DNA of 29,451 nt from an uncultured Bacilli bacterium (GCA_944351345.1 CALVPO010000001.1:1-29451), one strand, 5' to 3'; shown: positions 8,813-18,194, counted from the stretch's first letter. Translations and numbers: made by a program. Notes: a model not told the origin generated them from the letters alone.

Positions 8813-9067
8813 GATCGTCCGGCGAGGACATAATAAGCATCATCAATCTATATATGAACTATAAGGGTGAAACTTTCAAATTCAAAAAAAAATTTTCATA
8901 GGCTTGATCCCTTTTCAGTATGCAATAAAATAGATAAAAATCAGCTTATGATTAGTATTTTACACCAAAAATTAGAAAAAAGATACTATTTTTGTAGACA
9001 AAATTATAAAAACAGTGTTCCTTATGGAATTTACTTATTCAAAGTGGAATTTACTTTTGCAACTGAG

Positions 9068-9081
9068 CAATTACAAATTTT
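9068..9081 (+). repeat. IS target-site duplication, right copy
   Basis: CAATTACAAATTTT, identical to 7382-7395. Confidence 0.85.
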
Positions 9082-9093
9082 TTGGATACATTA

Positions 9094-9798
9094 TTAAATA
9101 ATTTTATTCTTTTTTATTTCTGTATATTTTCTTGGGTATTTAGTGCTAGTTTTGGTCATTTTTTTATATTTTATTAGTGTTCTTAAACTATTTTCTTTAG
9201 GTAATTTAAATGATAGTCTTGACTCTTCTTTTATTCCTAGTTTTGTTTCATAGGTATCTATTCCTATTATATCTTTTGAAATATCGCCTTTCATTGCTAT
9301 ATAATAACCGTTTACTTTAACTAATGATATGGAGTATTCTAACAAGTGTTTTAATGGTGCTACAGCACGTGATGTTACTATATCATATTTTTCTCTGGTT
9401 GTTTTGCTATATATTTCTGCTCTTTCGTTTATTATATCTATATTATTTAGATTAAGTTCTGATATTACTAGTTTTAAAAATTTACATTTCTTTTCTGTTG
9501 AATCTAACAATGTTATTTTTAAATTAGGGAATATTATTTTTAAAACTATACCTGGAAATCCTGCTCCAGTTCCTATATCACATAGGTATTGGTTAGATAA
9601 GTTTATTATTTTATTAAGTGTTAGAGAATCATAAAAATGTTTTAGATAGACATCTTCTTTTTTTGTTATAGCGGTAAGATTATATTTTTTATTTTCCTCT
9701 ATTAATAGATTATAATATGTTTCTAATTTTTCTAGTTGAAGTGGTGTTATTTTTATATTTAATTCCTTTAAGGCATTTATAAATTCATTTTTATTCAT
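9094..9798 (-). CDS. rsmG: 16S rRNA m7G methyltransferase (GidB)
   Basis: YNLTAI, KHFYDSL, DIGTGAGFPG and TSRAVA motifs; overlaps the mnmG stop. Confidence 0.96.
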   Translation of the reverse strand: MNKNEFINALKELNIKITPLQLEKLETYYNLLIEENKKYNLTAITKKEDVYLKHFYDSLTLNKIINLSNQYLCDIGTGAGFPGIVLKIIFPNLKITLLDSTEKKCKFLKLVISELNLNNIDIINERAEIYSKTTREKYDIVTSRAVAPLKHLLEYSISLVKVNGYYIAMKGDISKDIIGIDTYETKLGIKEESRLSFKLPKENSLRTLIKYKKMTKTSTKYPRKYTEIKKNKII

Positions 9799-11629
9799 TA
9801 TAGTTTTTCCTTAAATATATCATTAGTATAGAGATATCTGAAGGATTTACACCACTTATTCTCATAGCTTGCCCTATTGAATTTGGACGAATTTCTTCTA
9901 ATTTTTGTTTAGCTTCGCTTGCTAGGTTAGTTACTTTATTATAATCTATATCCTCTGGCATTTGTTTTGATTCTTGAGATAACATTTTCTGTGCTTCTCT
10001 TTCTACTTTTTTAATATAACCTTCATACTTTATTTGAATTTCTACTTGATTTAATACTTCTTTACTATATGGTAGTTCTAGGTTATATTTTTCTTTTATA
10101 TCCTCTAATTTAATTGTTGGGTCTTTTAAATAGTCATAGACATTAGTTCCGTATGGTCCTTTTACGTTTTTTACAGTAATTTTTGTTTCTTTTAGTTTTT
10201 CTTTTAAATCTTTTATAGTTTTTTCTTTTTCTAATAATTTATTATGTCTTTCTTCATCTATTAATCCAACTTTATAGCCATATTCTCTTAATCTTAAATC
10301 GGCATTATCATGTCTTAATAATAATCTATATTCAGCACGTGATGTTAGCATTCTATATGGTTCTTTAGTTCCTTTTGTTACCAAATCATCTATTAATACA
10401 CCTATGTATGCTTCATTTCTTTTTAAAATTAATGGCTCCTTATTTTCTAGTTTTAAAGATGCATTTATACCTGCTATTAAACCTTGGCATGCTGCTTCTT
10501 CATAACCACTTGTACCATTTATTTGTCCGGCTGTAAATAAGTTCTTTATTATTTTTGTTTCTAGACTTGCTTTTATTTGAGTTGGATAGATAGCATCATA
10601 TTCTATAGCATAGGCGTACTTTAATATTTTGGCATTAGATAAACCAGGTAAGGAGTGAACCATTTTTTCTTGAATATTTTCTGGCATACTTGTTGAAAAC
10701 CCTTGTAAATATATATCATCGTAGTATAAGCTTTCTGGTTCTAAGAATAATTGATGTCTTTCTTTATCTTTAAATCTAGTTACTTTATCTTCTATTGATG
10801 GGCAGTAACGTGGACCAACTCCTTTTATGTCATCTAAGCCACCGTACATACTTGATTTAGATAAATTGGCATTTATTATTTTGTGAGTAGTGCTATTTGT
10901 ATATATTAAGTAACATGGTACTTGATTTTCAACATTATAAATTGGCTCTATGTCATGTGAGAATGTATATGGTGTTTTATCACCTTCTTCTTTTTTTGCT
11001 TTTGAGAAGTCTATAGAACTTTTTTCAATGCGTGGGGGAGTTCCTGTTTTTAGTCTAAGTATTTTAAATCCATACTTTTTGAGATTATCACTTAAGTGTT
11101 GTGAAGGTTTTTCATTATTAGGACCACTTCTTGTTCTTGTTGAACCTCTTAAAATATCTGACTTTAAGTAAGTACCTGTTGTTAATATTACTATTTTTGA
11201 ATGAATAATCTTACCATCTTTTAAATATACGCCTTTTACTTCATTTGAATCTACAATTAAATCTTCAACCATTCCTTCTAATAATTCTAATTTTTTTTGT
11301 TTTTTTAATGTTTTCAACATTTCTTGTGGATAAGTTATTTTATCGGCTTGTGCTCTTAGAGAATGGACAGATGGTCCTTTTGATGAATTTAGCATTTTCA
11401 TTTGAATTAATGTTTTATCAGCATTTATGCCCATTTCGCCACCTAGAGCATCTATTTCTCTTACTATTATTCCCTTAGCGGAACCACCTATTGATGGATT
11501 ACATGGCATAGTAGCAACATTTTTTAAATTTCCAGTTATTAATAGAGTTTGGTGTCCTTTTCTGGCTGAGGCTAGAGCGGCTTCGCAACCAGCATGACCT
11601 GCTCCTACTACAATTACTTCATACTCCAT
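9791..11629 (-). CDS. mnmG: tRNA uridine-5-carboxymethylaminomethyl modification enzyme GidA
   Basis: VIVVGAGHAGCEAA, MPCNPSIGG, GPRYCPSIEDK, AGQINGTSGYEEAA. Start moved to MEYEVIVV (11629), behind a GGTGA SD. Confidence 0.97.
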   Translation of the reverse strand: MEYEVIVVGAGHAGCEAALASARKGHQTLLITGNLKNVATMPCNPSIGGSAKGIIVREIDALGGEMGINADKTLIQMKMLNSSKGPSVHSLRAQADKITYPQEMLKTLKKQKKLELLEGMVEDLIVDSNEVKGVYLKDGKIIHSKIVILTTGTYLKSDILRGSTRTRSGPNNEKPSQHLSDNLKKYGFKILRLKTGTPPRIEKSSIDFSKAKKEEGDKTPYTFSHDIEPIYNVENQVPCYLIYTNSTTHKIINANLSKSSMYGGLDDIKGVGPRYCPSIEDKVTRFKDKERHQLFLEPESLYYDDIYLQGFSTSMPENIQEKMVHSLPGLSNAKILKYAYAIEYDAIYPTQIKASLETKIIKNLFTAGQINGTSGYEEAACQGLIAGINASLKLENKEPLILKRNEAYIGVLIDDLVTKGTKEPYRMLTSRAEYRLLLRHDNADLRLREYGYKVGLIDEERHNKLLEKEKTIKDLKEKLKETKITVKNVKGPYGTNVYDYLKDPTIKLEDIKEKYNLELPYSKEVLNQVEIQIKYEGYIKKVEREAQKMLSQESKQMPEDIDYNKVTNLASEAKQKLEEIRPNSIGQAMRISGVNPSDISILMIYLRKNYNE

Positions 11630-11713
11630 TTTATCACCACTTTCTTCAACGTAATATTTTAACATATAACATAAAAAAAAGAAATAGTACTAGTTAACTA
11701 GTATAAATTAAAT

Positions 11714-13066
11714 TTATTTTCCTAAACAAAATCTTGAAAATAATTCATCTATTAATTCATCAGTGTAAGTTTCACCAATAATTTCTCCTAATATATTCCA
11801 AGATTCTTTTAGACTTAATTCTACCATATCTATTGGCTCGTTGTTGTTAATGGAAGCTATGCTATCATTTATTTTTATTAAGGATTTTTCAAGTAAAGAA
11901 ATACTTCTTGCGTCACTTAAATAGGTTAGATCATCTGTTTCAAAACTACCTAAATTAAATAATTCTATTATTCTAGATTTTAATTTATCTATTCCTATAT
12001 CATTATTTACGCTTATTTTTATTATGTTATTAGGTAGAAGAGAGTAATCTATTTTTGTATCAAGATCATTTTTATTAACTAAAATTATATTTGTTTTATT
12101 TTTTATCATTTTTAATAATTTTTTGTCTTCTTTAGTTAATGGTTCGTTATTGTTTAGCATTAGGATAATTAAATCTGATTTATTTATAATATCTAAACTT
12201 TTTTCTACTCCTATTTTTTCTACTAAGTTATCTGTTTTTCTTATTCCGGCTGTATCAATTATATTTAATATTATACCATTTAGTGTAATTTTTCCTTCAA
12301 CTATATCCCTAGTAGTTCCTTCTATATCTGTTACAATAGCTTTATCTTCTTCCAATAAAGTATTTAAGAGACTACTTTTTCCTACATTTGGTCTTCCTAT
12401 TATACATACATTTATTCCTTGATTAATAATTTTACTATCTTTTGATTTGTTTATGATATTTATGAGTTTTTTTCTGAACTTTAATAATTCAGGATATATA
12501 GTTTCATTAGTTACTATTTCTATATCTTCATATTCTGGATAATCTATGTTAACTTCTATGTTTGATATTATACTAACTAAATTATCTCTTAGTTCTTTTA
12601 TTAATTTAGATACTTTGCCACTTAATTGATTTATTGATAATTGTCTGGATTTTTCATTCTTTGCTTCTATTAGATTCATTATGCCGTCTGCTTCTATTAG
12701 ATCAATTCTACCATTTAAAAATGCTCTTTTAGTAAACTCACCTGGTTCTGCTAATCTTGCACCATTTGTTAATAATAATTGTAATATTTTATTAGTAGTA
12801 GCAATTCCTCCATGAGAATTTATTTCTACTATATTTTCTTTTGTAAAAGTTTTTGGTGCTAACATTACAGATACTAAGACTTCATCTATTATTTCTTCAT
12901 TTGATACAATATGTCCATAATGGATAGTATGTGATGTTACTTTGGTTAAATCTTTTCCTTTAAATATTTTATTTACTATGTTGAGGCTGTCGTTGCCACT
13001 TACTCTTATTATTGATATTGCTCCTACTCCTAAAGCAGTAGATATAGCTGCTATTGTATCATTCAT
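11714..13066 (-). CDS. mnmE: tRNA modification GTPase TrmE
   Basis: DTIAAIST, PGEFTKRAFLNGRIDL, GRPNVGKSS, GTTRD, DTAG, NKND, FSRFCLGK. Confidence 0.97.
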   Translation of the reverse strand: MNDTIAAISTALGVGAISIIRVSGNDSLNIVNKIFKGKDLTKVTSHTIHYGHIVSNEEIIDEVLVSVMLAPKTFTKENIVEINSHGGIATTNKILQLLLTNGARLAEPGEFTKRAFLNGRIDLIEADGIMNLIEAKNEKSRQLSINQLSGKVSKLIKELRDNLVSIISNIEVNIDYPEYEDIEIVTNETIYPELLKFRKKLINIINKSKDSKIINQGINVCIIGRPNVGKSSLLNTLLEEDKAIVTDIEGTTRDIVEGKITLNGIILNIIDTAGIRKTDNLVEKIGVEKSLDIINKSDLIILMLNNNEPLTKEDKKLLKMIKNKTNIILVNKNDLDTKIDYSLLPNNIIKISVNNDIGIDKLKSRIIELFNLGSFETDDLTYLSDARSISLLEKSLIKINDSIASINNNEPIDMVELSLKESWNILGEIIGETYTDELIDELFSRFCLGK

Positions 13067-13152
13067 ATAATCACTTCCCTATATAATATATTTTTTTGTT
13101 AGTTATATTTTATCATATTGATAAAAAAAAAGAAATAGAGCATTAATTATAA

Positions 13153-14013
13153 TTAGTCTTTATATAAGTCTATTTCGCTATTTTGATATTCTGTTAAAAT
13201 ATTGCTCCAAATTGTTGAATTTACATATCTAGCTTTTTTAGGATGAACTAAATATCTTACTGTTAATTCTATATGACTATCTACTACTTGGGTATATATA
13301 ATTGGGTCATATTGGTTATAATAGATGCGATATTCACTAGAAATGTTTTTTATTTGATTCTTCATTTTAGCTGGTATGCTTTTAATTATTTCATTTGAAT
13401 TTACTATTTTATAGATTATTCCTTTTGTTTTAGCAATATCAGAGTCAAGAGGAATTTTTACAGTTAATTCATTCCAAATATATTTAAAGGCTTTATTATA
13501 ATTTCTTAATGGATATTTGAAAATTGCTGAATTAGGAATATGAGTTATTACTCCTGTACTTTGTCCTATAAAATTTTCGTTATTAACTTCTAACACTTCA
13601 AAATTTAGAGCATTTATATTTATTACGTCTCCTTTATAATCATTAATTTCTATTCTATCCTCTATACAAAATGGTTTTTTTATTTTTATGTAGATTCCTG
13701 AAAAAAAATTAAATACAAGATCCCTTAAGGCTATTGTAAATCCTGCAGATATTAAACTGATTACTGTAAGTAAGTTTCCAAGATATCTTCCCCAAAGAAA
13801 GAAAAATATAATTAAAAATAAAATATTAAGCATTAGCTTGTATTTTTGGGTATATAAATATTCAGCTTTAGAATCTTTTACATGATTTATTATTTTTATA
13901 CCAATTTTTTTAATTATATATAGTATGGTGAAAAATATAATGGTTTTTATTATTAACATTATATATTTTTGGTCAATACTTGTAATATTACTTATATAGT
14001 TTATGGCTTTCAT
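13153..14013 (-). CDS. Small-conductance mechanosensitive channel family protein
   Basis: N-terminal TM helices, then ALRDLVFNFFSGIYI..KPFCIEDRIEI..GDV; IPNS motif. Confidence 0.8.
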   Translation of the reverse strand: MKAINYISNITSIDQKYIMLIIKTIIFFTILYIIKKIGIKIINHVKDSKAEYLYTQKYKLMLNILFLIIFFFLWGRYLGNLLTVISLISAGFTIALRDLVFNFFSGIYIKIKKPFCIEDRIEINDYKGDVININALNFEVLEVNNENFIGQSTGVITHIPNSAIFKYPLRNYNKAFKYIWNELTVKIPLDSDIAKTKGIIYKIVNSNEIIKSIPAKMKNQIKNISSEYRIYYNQYDPIIYTQVVDSHIELTVRYLVHPKKARYVNSTIWSNILTEYQNSEIDLYKD

Positions 14014-14123
14014 TTTTCACCTTCTTTCTTTTTATAGAGATATAATTATATCATATAGTATGATTTTATCAATAAAAGAAGAAGGTATTTTTATTAGATT
14101 TACATAAAAAAAGAAGAAAATGT

Positions 14124-14735
14124 CTAATCTTCTTTTGGTTTTATTATTACGTATCTATTTGGCTCAACTCCAAAACTTTCTGTATAAACATACTTATTAT
14201 TAGCTAAAACGTTATGAACTGCTCTTCTTTCATAGGAATTCATGCTTTCTAATTTTGCTTCTATTTTAGAATCAGCAACTTCTTTAGCAACTTTTTTTGC
14301 TATTTTTTCTATTGTATGTAACTTTTTTTCTTTATAATTTTCTACGTCAAGTATTATTTTATATTTTTCATTTATTTCATTTGGAATAATTTGTCTTATA
14401 ATATTTTGAAGTGCTTGAATTGTTTTTCCACTTTTTCCTATTAATACTGGATTTTGATTGGAAAATATAGTTATATTTATGTTATCTTCTCTTCTTCTTA
14501 CTTCTAAATTTACCTTTGTAATATTCATTAATTTTGTAATTTCTTTTATTGTTTCTTTTAAATAATTAATTATATCGTTTATTTCTATAACTTCTATTTT
14601 CACTATTTTTTTTAATATTCCTTGTTTTTCTTCTATAACTTTGACAATAATATTATTTTTTGTGGTATTTAATTCTTCAAGAGCCTTATTAGTAGCATCT
14701 TCTAAATTTTTTCCTTCAAAAATATATTTATTCAT
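14124..14735 (-). CDS. jag: RNA-binding protein Jag/KhpB (Jag_N, KH, R3H)
   Basis: FEGKNLEDA, LIGKSGKTIQALQ, MNSYERRAVH; canonical position after yidC. Confidence 0.92.
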   Translation of the reverse strand: MNKYIFEGKNLEDATNKALEELNTTKNNIIVKVIEEKQGILKKIVKIEVIEINDIINYLKETIKEITKLMNITKVNLEVRRREDNINITIFSNQNPVLIGKSGKTIQALQNIIRQIIPNEINEKYKIILDVENYKEKKLHTIEKIAKKVAKEVADSKIEAKLESMNSYERRAVHNVLANNKYVYTESFGVEPNRYVIIKPKED

Positions 14736-15649
14736 TATTTTGCCTTCTTTCTTTCAACGTAGATATTTTGAAAAATAGTAAATAGACTTGAAGTTATCCA
14801 ATAAATTCCTAATGCTGCTGGTAATGATAGAGATGCTATTGCTATCATTGCCATCATAAAGTATATTGTATATTGCATTTGTTTAGCATTTGGTCCTGAT
14901 TGATCTTTTAGTGTTTTTCTGAATGAGAAGAATGATGTTGTTATAATTATAATTAATAATAATATGTACCAATAGTTATGTTCGGTAAATATTCCAACCC
15001 ATGGAGTTGTGCCCATTTGGAAAACTAAGAAATCATTTTCAAATAAGGCTGGTGTTCTATTTATAGCTTCTAAGAAAGCAAATAATAGTGGTAATTGGAT
15101 AAAAGCAAGAAGACATCCTGACATTGGATTTATTTTATATTTTTGGTATATCATCATCATTTCTTGAGCTTTTCTTGTTTGATCTTCTTGACTATCTTTA
15201 CCTTTATATTTTTTCTCTAACTTCTCTAACTCAGGACTTGCTTTTTTTATTAATTCTGATTGCATTGCAGTTTTTTTAGTTACTGGCATTAGTATTAATC
15301 TGATTAACAGACATGTAATTATAATAGAGGAACCATAACTGTTTAATAAATTTCCTATTTTTAATATTACCCAAGCAAGGGGTTTTACAAAAATACTAGT
15401 CCATAGTCCTTCATAGTTTTTAAGAGGATTAAAATTTTCACAATCTGGTAATTTAGATAATTTTACTCCGTTTTTTTCATAAATTTTTATAACATCTTTA
15501 TTAGTAGGCTTACAAATTATATTTTCTGTTATGGATTGTCCAGTTTCAGTATTTGTAACAACATTATTATCTTTATCTTTCAATGTTTTTGTACATCCTG
15601 ATAATAGGAATAAACACATTAGTATTAAAATTATTTTTTTGGTTTTCAT
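14735..15649 (-). CDS. yidC: Membrane protein insertase YidC/SpoIIIJ
   Basis: Lipobox LLSGC, LIRLILMP, GCLLAFIQLP, LPAALGIYW. Confidence 0.95.
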   Translation of the reverse strand: MKTKKIILILMCLFLLSGCTKTLKDKDNNVVTNTETGQSITENIICKPTNKDVIKIYEKNGVKLSKLPDCENFNPLKNYEGLWTSIFVKPLAWVILKIGNLLNSYGSSIIITCLLIRLILMPVTKKTAMQSELIKKASPELEKLEKKYKGKDSQEDQTRKAQEMMMIYQKYKINPMSGCLLAFIQLPLLFAFLEAINRTPALFENDFLVFQMGTTPWVGIFTEHNYWYILLLIIIITTSFFSFRKTLKDQSGPNAKQMQYTIYFMMAMIAIASLSLPAALGIYWITSSLFTIFQNIYVERKKAK

Positions 15650-15697
15650 AATAGTAACATTCCTTTCGATAAACTAAATTTATTTTTTATTAGTTCT

Positions 15698-16018
15698 TTA
15701 TCTTTTGTTAATTATGGATATAAAACTTTTTTCCATTTCTTGGTAATTTAATTCTATTAATCTCTTTCTAATTATTATAACATAATCATACGGCTTTTGT
15801 ATATTAAATTCATTATGGTCTATAATATTTTTTAATCTTCTTTTAATTTTATTTCTTAAATATGCTTTACCTATTTTTTTAGGAACTGAAATACCATATC
15901 TATTATTTTTATCAGTTTTACTATAATAAATTATAAAGTAATTGTTTTTTTTATATTTACAATTTTTTATTATTTTAGTATATTCAAATTGACTTCTTAT
16001 AATATTTTTTTTCTTCAT
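15698..16018 (-). CDS. rnpA: RNase P protein component
   Basis: RYGISVPKKIGKAYLRNKIKRRLK (RNR motif). Confidence 0.95.
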   Translation of the reverse strand: MKKKNIIRSQFEYTKIIKNCKYKKNNYFIIYYSKTDKNNRYGISVPKKIGKAYLRNKIKRRLKNIIDHNEFNIQKPYDYVIIIRKRLIELNYQEMEKSFISIINKR

Positions 16019-16072
16019 TATATTCCTCCAAATCTCTATATATAATATATGAAAGAAAAATATTTTTTTAGT

Positions 16073-16095
16073 AAAAAAAAAGCTACAATGGTAGC
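16073..16095 (-). terminator. Putative terminator after rpmH
   Basis: GCTAC-N4-GTAGC stem followed by nine T on the minus strand. Confidence 0.55.
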
Positions 16096-16107
16096 ATTAG
16101 TATTTTA

Positions 16108-16230
16108 TTATGCACATAATTTTTTTCTTTTTTTAGCTCTTCTTAACTTTAAAATATTTGTTAATCTTCTTTTTCTAAAGCCATGCTTTTTGGCTCTTTT
16201 AGCTTTATTTGGTTGATAAGTTCTTTTCAT
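16108..16230 (-). CDS. rpmH: 50S ribosomal protein L34 (40 aa)
   Basis: Below the ORF-track cutoff; translates MKRTYQPNKAKRAKKHGFRKRRLTNILKLRRAKKRKKLCA; GGAGGTG SD. Confidence 0.95.
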   Translation of the reverse strand: MKRTYQPNKAKRAKKHGFRKRRLTNILKLRRAKKRKKLCA

Positions 16231-16260
16231 AAATTACACCTCCAAGTTAAATGCTACTTT

Positions 16261-16289
16261 ATTATATATGGTAATTTAATTAATGTCAA
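16261..16289 (-). promoter_or_regulatory. Consensus sigma-A promoter of rpmH
   Basis: TTGACA-17-TATAAT on the minus strand. Confidence 0.8.
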
Positions 16290-16395
16290 CTATTATGTTT
16301 ACAAAATTAAAGGTTTTTTTTGTTTTTTTTGATATTTTTATTTTATTATTAACCTTTTTATGATAAAATTAGTTTGAGAATAAGGAGGTCTTTAT

Positions 16396-18150
16396 ATGTT
16401 TAAAGAGATAACTGCTATTAGTAAAAATTTTGCTATGGTTAGATTAGAAGGGAGTGCTAATGATGATTTATTGAACATGAATGTTATTTTTGAAGATGGT
16501 AGTAAAAAAATTTTAGGTGAAGTTGATGAAATAGATAATAATCAACTTAAAATTAGTTTTTTAGGAGAATTTGTTAATGATAAGTTTTTGGGAGGTATAA
16601 TTAGAAAACCTAGTTTAACATCTAAGATAAGAATGATTAACCAACAAGAATTAGGAGAACTAGTTGGTGAAAATAATGATAAAAGTATGGTTTTAGGCCT
16701 TTCTCCTTTGTATAATGATTATCCTATTAAAATTGATATCGATGATATGTGGAGTAATCACAGTGCTATTTTTGGAAATACTGGTAGTGGTAAAACATAT
16801 GGAGTAGCTAGATATGTTCAAAATTTATTTAATATGCCAGATAAAATTCCTTTTAATAGTAATATTTTTATATTTAACAATACTGATGAATATGATAATG
16901 CATTTAAAACCATTAATACCTATAATGTTAATTTTAATTATAAAATGTTTTCTATTAATGGTAACGAAAACAATTGTATAAAGTTACCTTTATGGCTGTT
17001 ATCTGTTGATGATTATGCTAATATTTTAGATGTTACTGAATATTCACAGTTATCGGTTATTGAAAAAATGCTTAGTTTAGTTTCTGCTTTTGCTAGGAAT
17101 GATGCTGAATCTAAAAGATATAAAAATCATTTGATAGCAAGTGCCATTACTTCTGTTTTATACACTAATCAAACACCTGGTAGAATTAGAGATCAGATAT
17201 TTTCTATATTAGAAAACTGTTATACTGATGAATTGAATTTAGATGTTGAAGTACCTGGAATTGGTTATACTAGACAGTTTAGAAAATGTTTTGAGATAGA
17301 TAGTAAAGGTGAATTTGCAGAAAGGGTATTAATTGCTGAATATATTCAAAAATTCGTTGATAATAGTACCAAATGGAATGAAGATTTTGTTCCTATATAT
17401 TTTACTCTAGATGATTTAGAAGTAGCTCTTAATTTTGCTCTAATTTCTGAAGGATTACTTTTAAATGAAAAATCATATAGCGAGGCTATGGCATTAAAAG
17501 TAAAACTTCACACTATCAATAATAGCAGTTATAAAAAGTTATTTAATTATGGTAAATTTGTTAATATTTCAGAGTTTATAACTGATTTGATTATGATTGG
17601 TCAAACAAAAAGAGCACAAATTATAAATTTTGTTTTAGAGGACATAGATGATAGATTTGCTAAGGCATTAGTTAAAGTTTATTGTAGAATTATTTTTAAA
17701 TTTAGTAAAGGACTTAAAGATAGAGGAGCTATGCCTATTCATTTAATGTTAGAAGAAGCTCATAGATATGTACAAAGAGATAATGATATTAATATATTAG
17801 GATATAATATGTTTGAAAGAATTGCTAAAGAAGGCAGAAAATTTGGCGTTGTTTTAGATTTGATTACTCAAAGACCAACTGAATTATCAGAAGCTGTTAT
17901 CTCACAATGTAGTAATTTCTTAATTTTTAAAATTACACATCCTACTGATTTAGAATATATTAGAAAAATGGTTCCTAATATTAGTGCAGATGTAATTGAA
18001 AAACAAAAATCTTTGCAAGCTGGAACATGCGTTGCTTTTGGAAAAATGATGAAAATTCCTATGATTGTAAAAATGCAACTACCTAATCCTGAACCAAGGA
18101 GTTCAAATGCATCAATTTACAACAAGTGGATGATTGAGTGGAAAAGTTAG
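16396..18150 (+). CDS. HerA/FtsK-superfamily ATPase (HAS barrel + DUF87-type domain)
   Basis: Walker A GNTGSGKT, Walker B LMLEEAH, ERIAKEGRKFG and TQRP motifs; AAGGAGG SD; extended -10 TGATAAAAT at 16361-16369. Confidence 0.88.
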   Translation: MFKEITAISKNFAMVRLEGSANDDLLNMNVIFEDGSKKILGEVDEIDNNQLKISFLGEFVNDKFLGGIIRKPSLTSKIRMINQQELGELVGENNDKSMVLGLSPLYNDYPIKIDIDDMWSNHSAIFGNTGSGKTYGVARYVQNLFNMPDKIPFNSNIFIFNNTDEYDNAFKTINTYNVNFNYKMFSINGNENNCIKLPLWLLSVDDYANILDVTEYSQLSVIEKMLSLVSAFARNDAESKRYKNHLIASAITSVLYTNQTPGRIRDQIFSILENCYTDELNLDVEVPGIGYTRQFRKCFEIDSKGEFAERVLIAEYIQKFVDNSTKWNEDFVPIYFTLDDLEVALNFALISEGLLLNEKSYSEAMALKVKLHTINNSSYKKLFNYGKFVNISEFITDLIMIGQTKRAQIINFVLEDIDDRFAKALVKVYCRIIFKFSKGLKDRGAMPIHLMLEEAHRYVQRDNDINILGYNMFERIAKEGRKFGVVLDLITQRPTELSEAVISQCSNFLIFKITHPTDLEYIRKMVPNISADVIEKQKSLQAGTCVAFGKMMKIPMIVKMQLPNPEPRSSNASIYNKWMIEWKS

Positions 18151-18158
18151 ATTATCAT

Positions 18159-18188
18159 ACTATGCAATATAAAGCATAGTTTTTTTTT
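18159..18188 (+). terminator. Intrinsic terminator after the HerA-like gene
   Basis: ACTATGC-N8-GCATAGT followed by a T8 tract. Confidence 0.75.
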
Positions 18189-18194
18189 GCACTA

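Larger units (their letters stand above)
7396..9067 (+). mobile_element. IS30-family insertion sequence (~1672 bp)
   Basis: Perfect 20-bp inverted repeat TTGCAAAAGTAAATTCCACT (7402-7421) / AGTGGAATTTACTTTTGCAA (9043-9062), 14-bp flanking direct repeats, and an IS30-type DDE transposase. Confidence 0.9.

Noticed and set aside
9363-10347. CAGCACGTGATGTTA shared by rsmG and mnmG
   Set aside because: Both encode T-S-R-A with favoured codons; it is not a parS.
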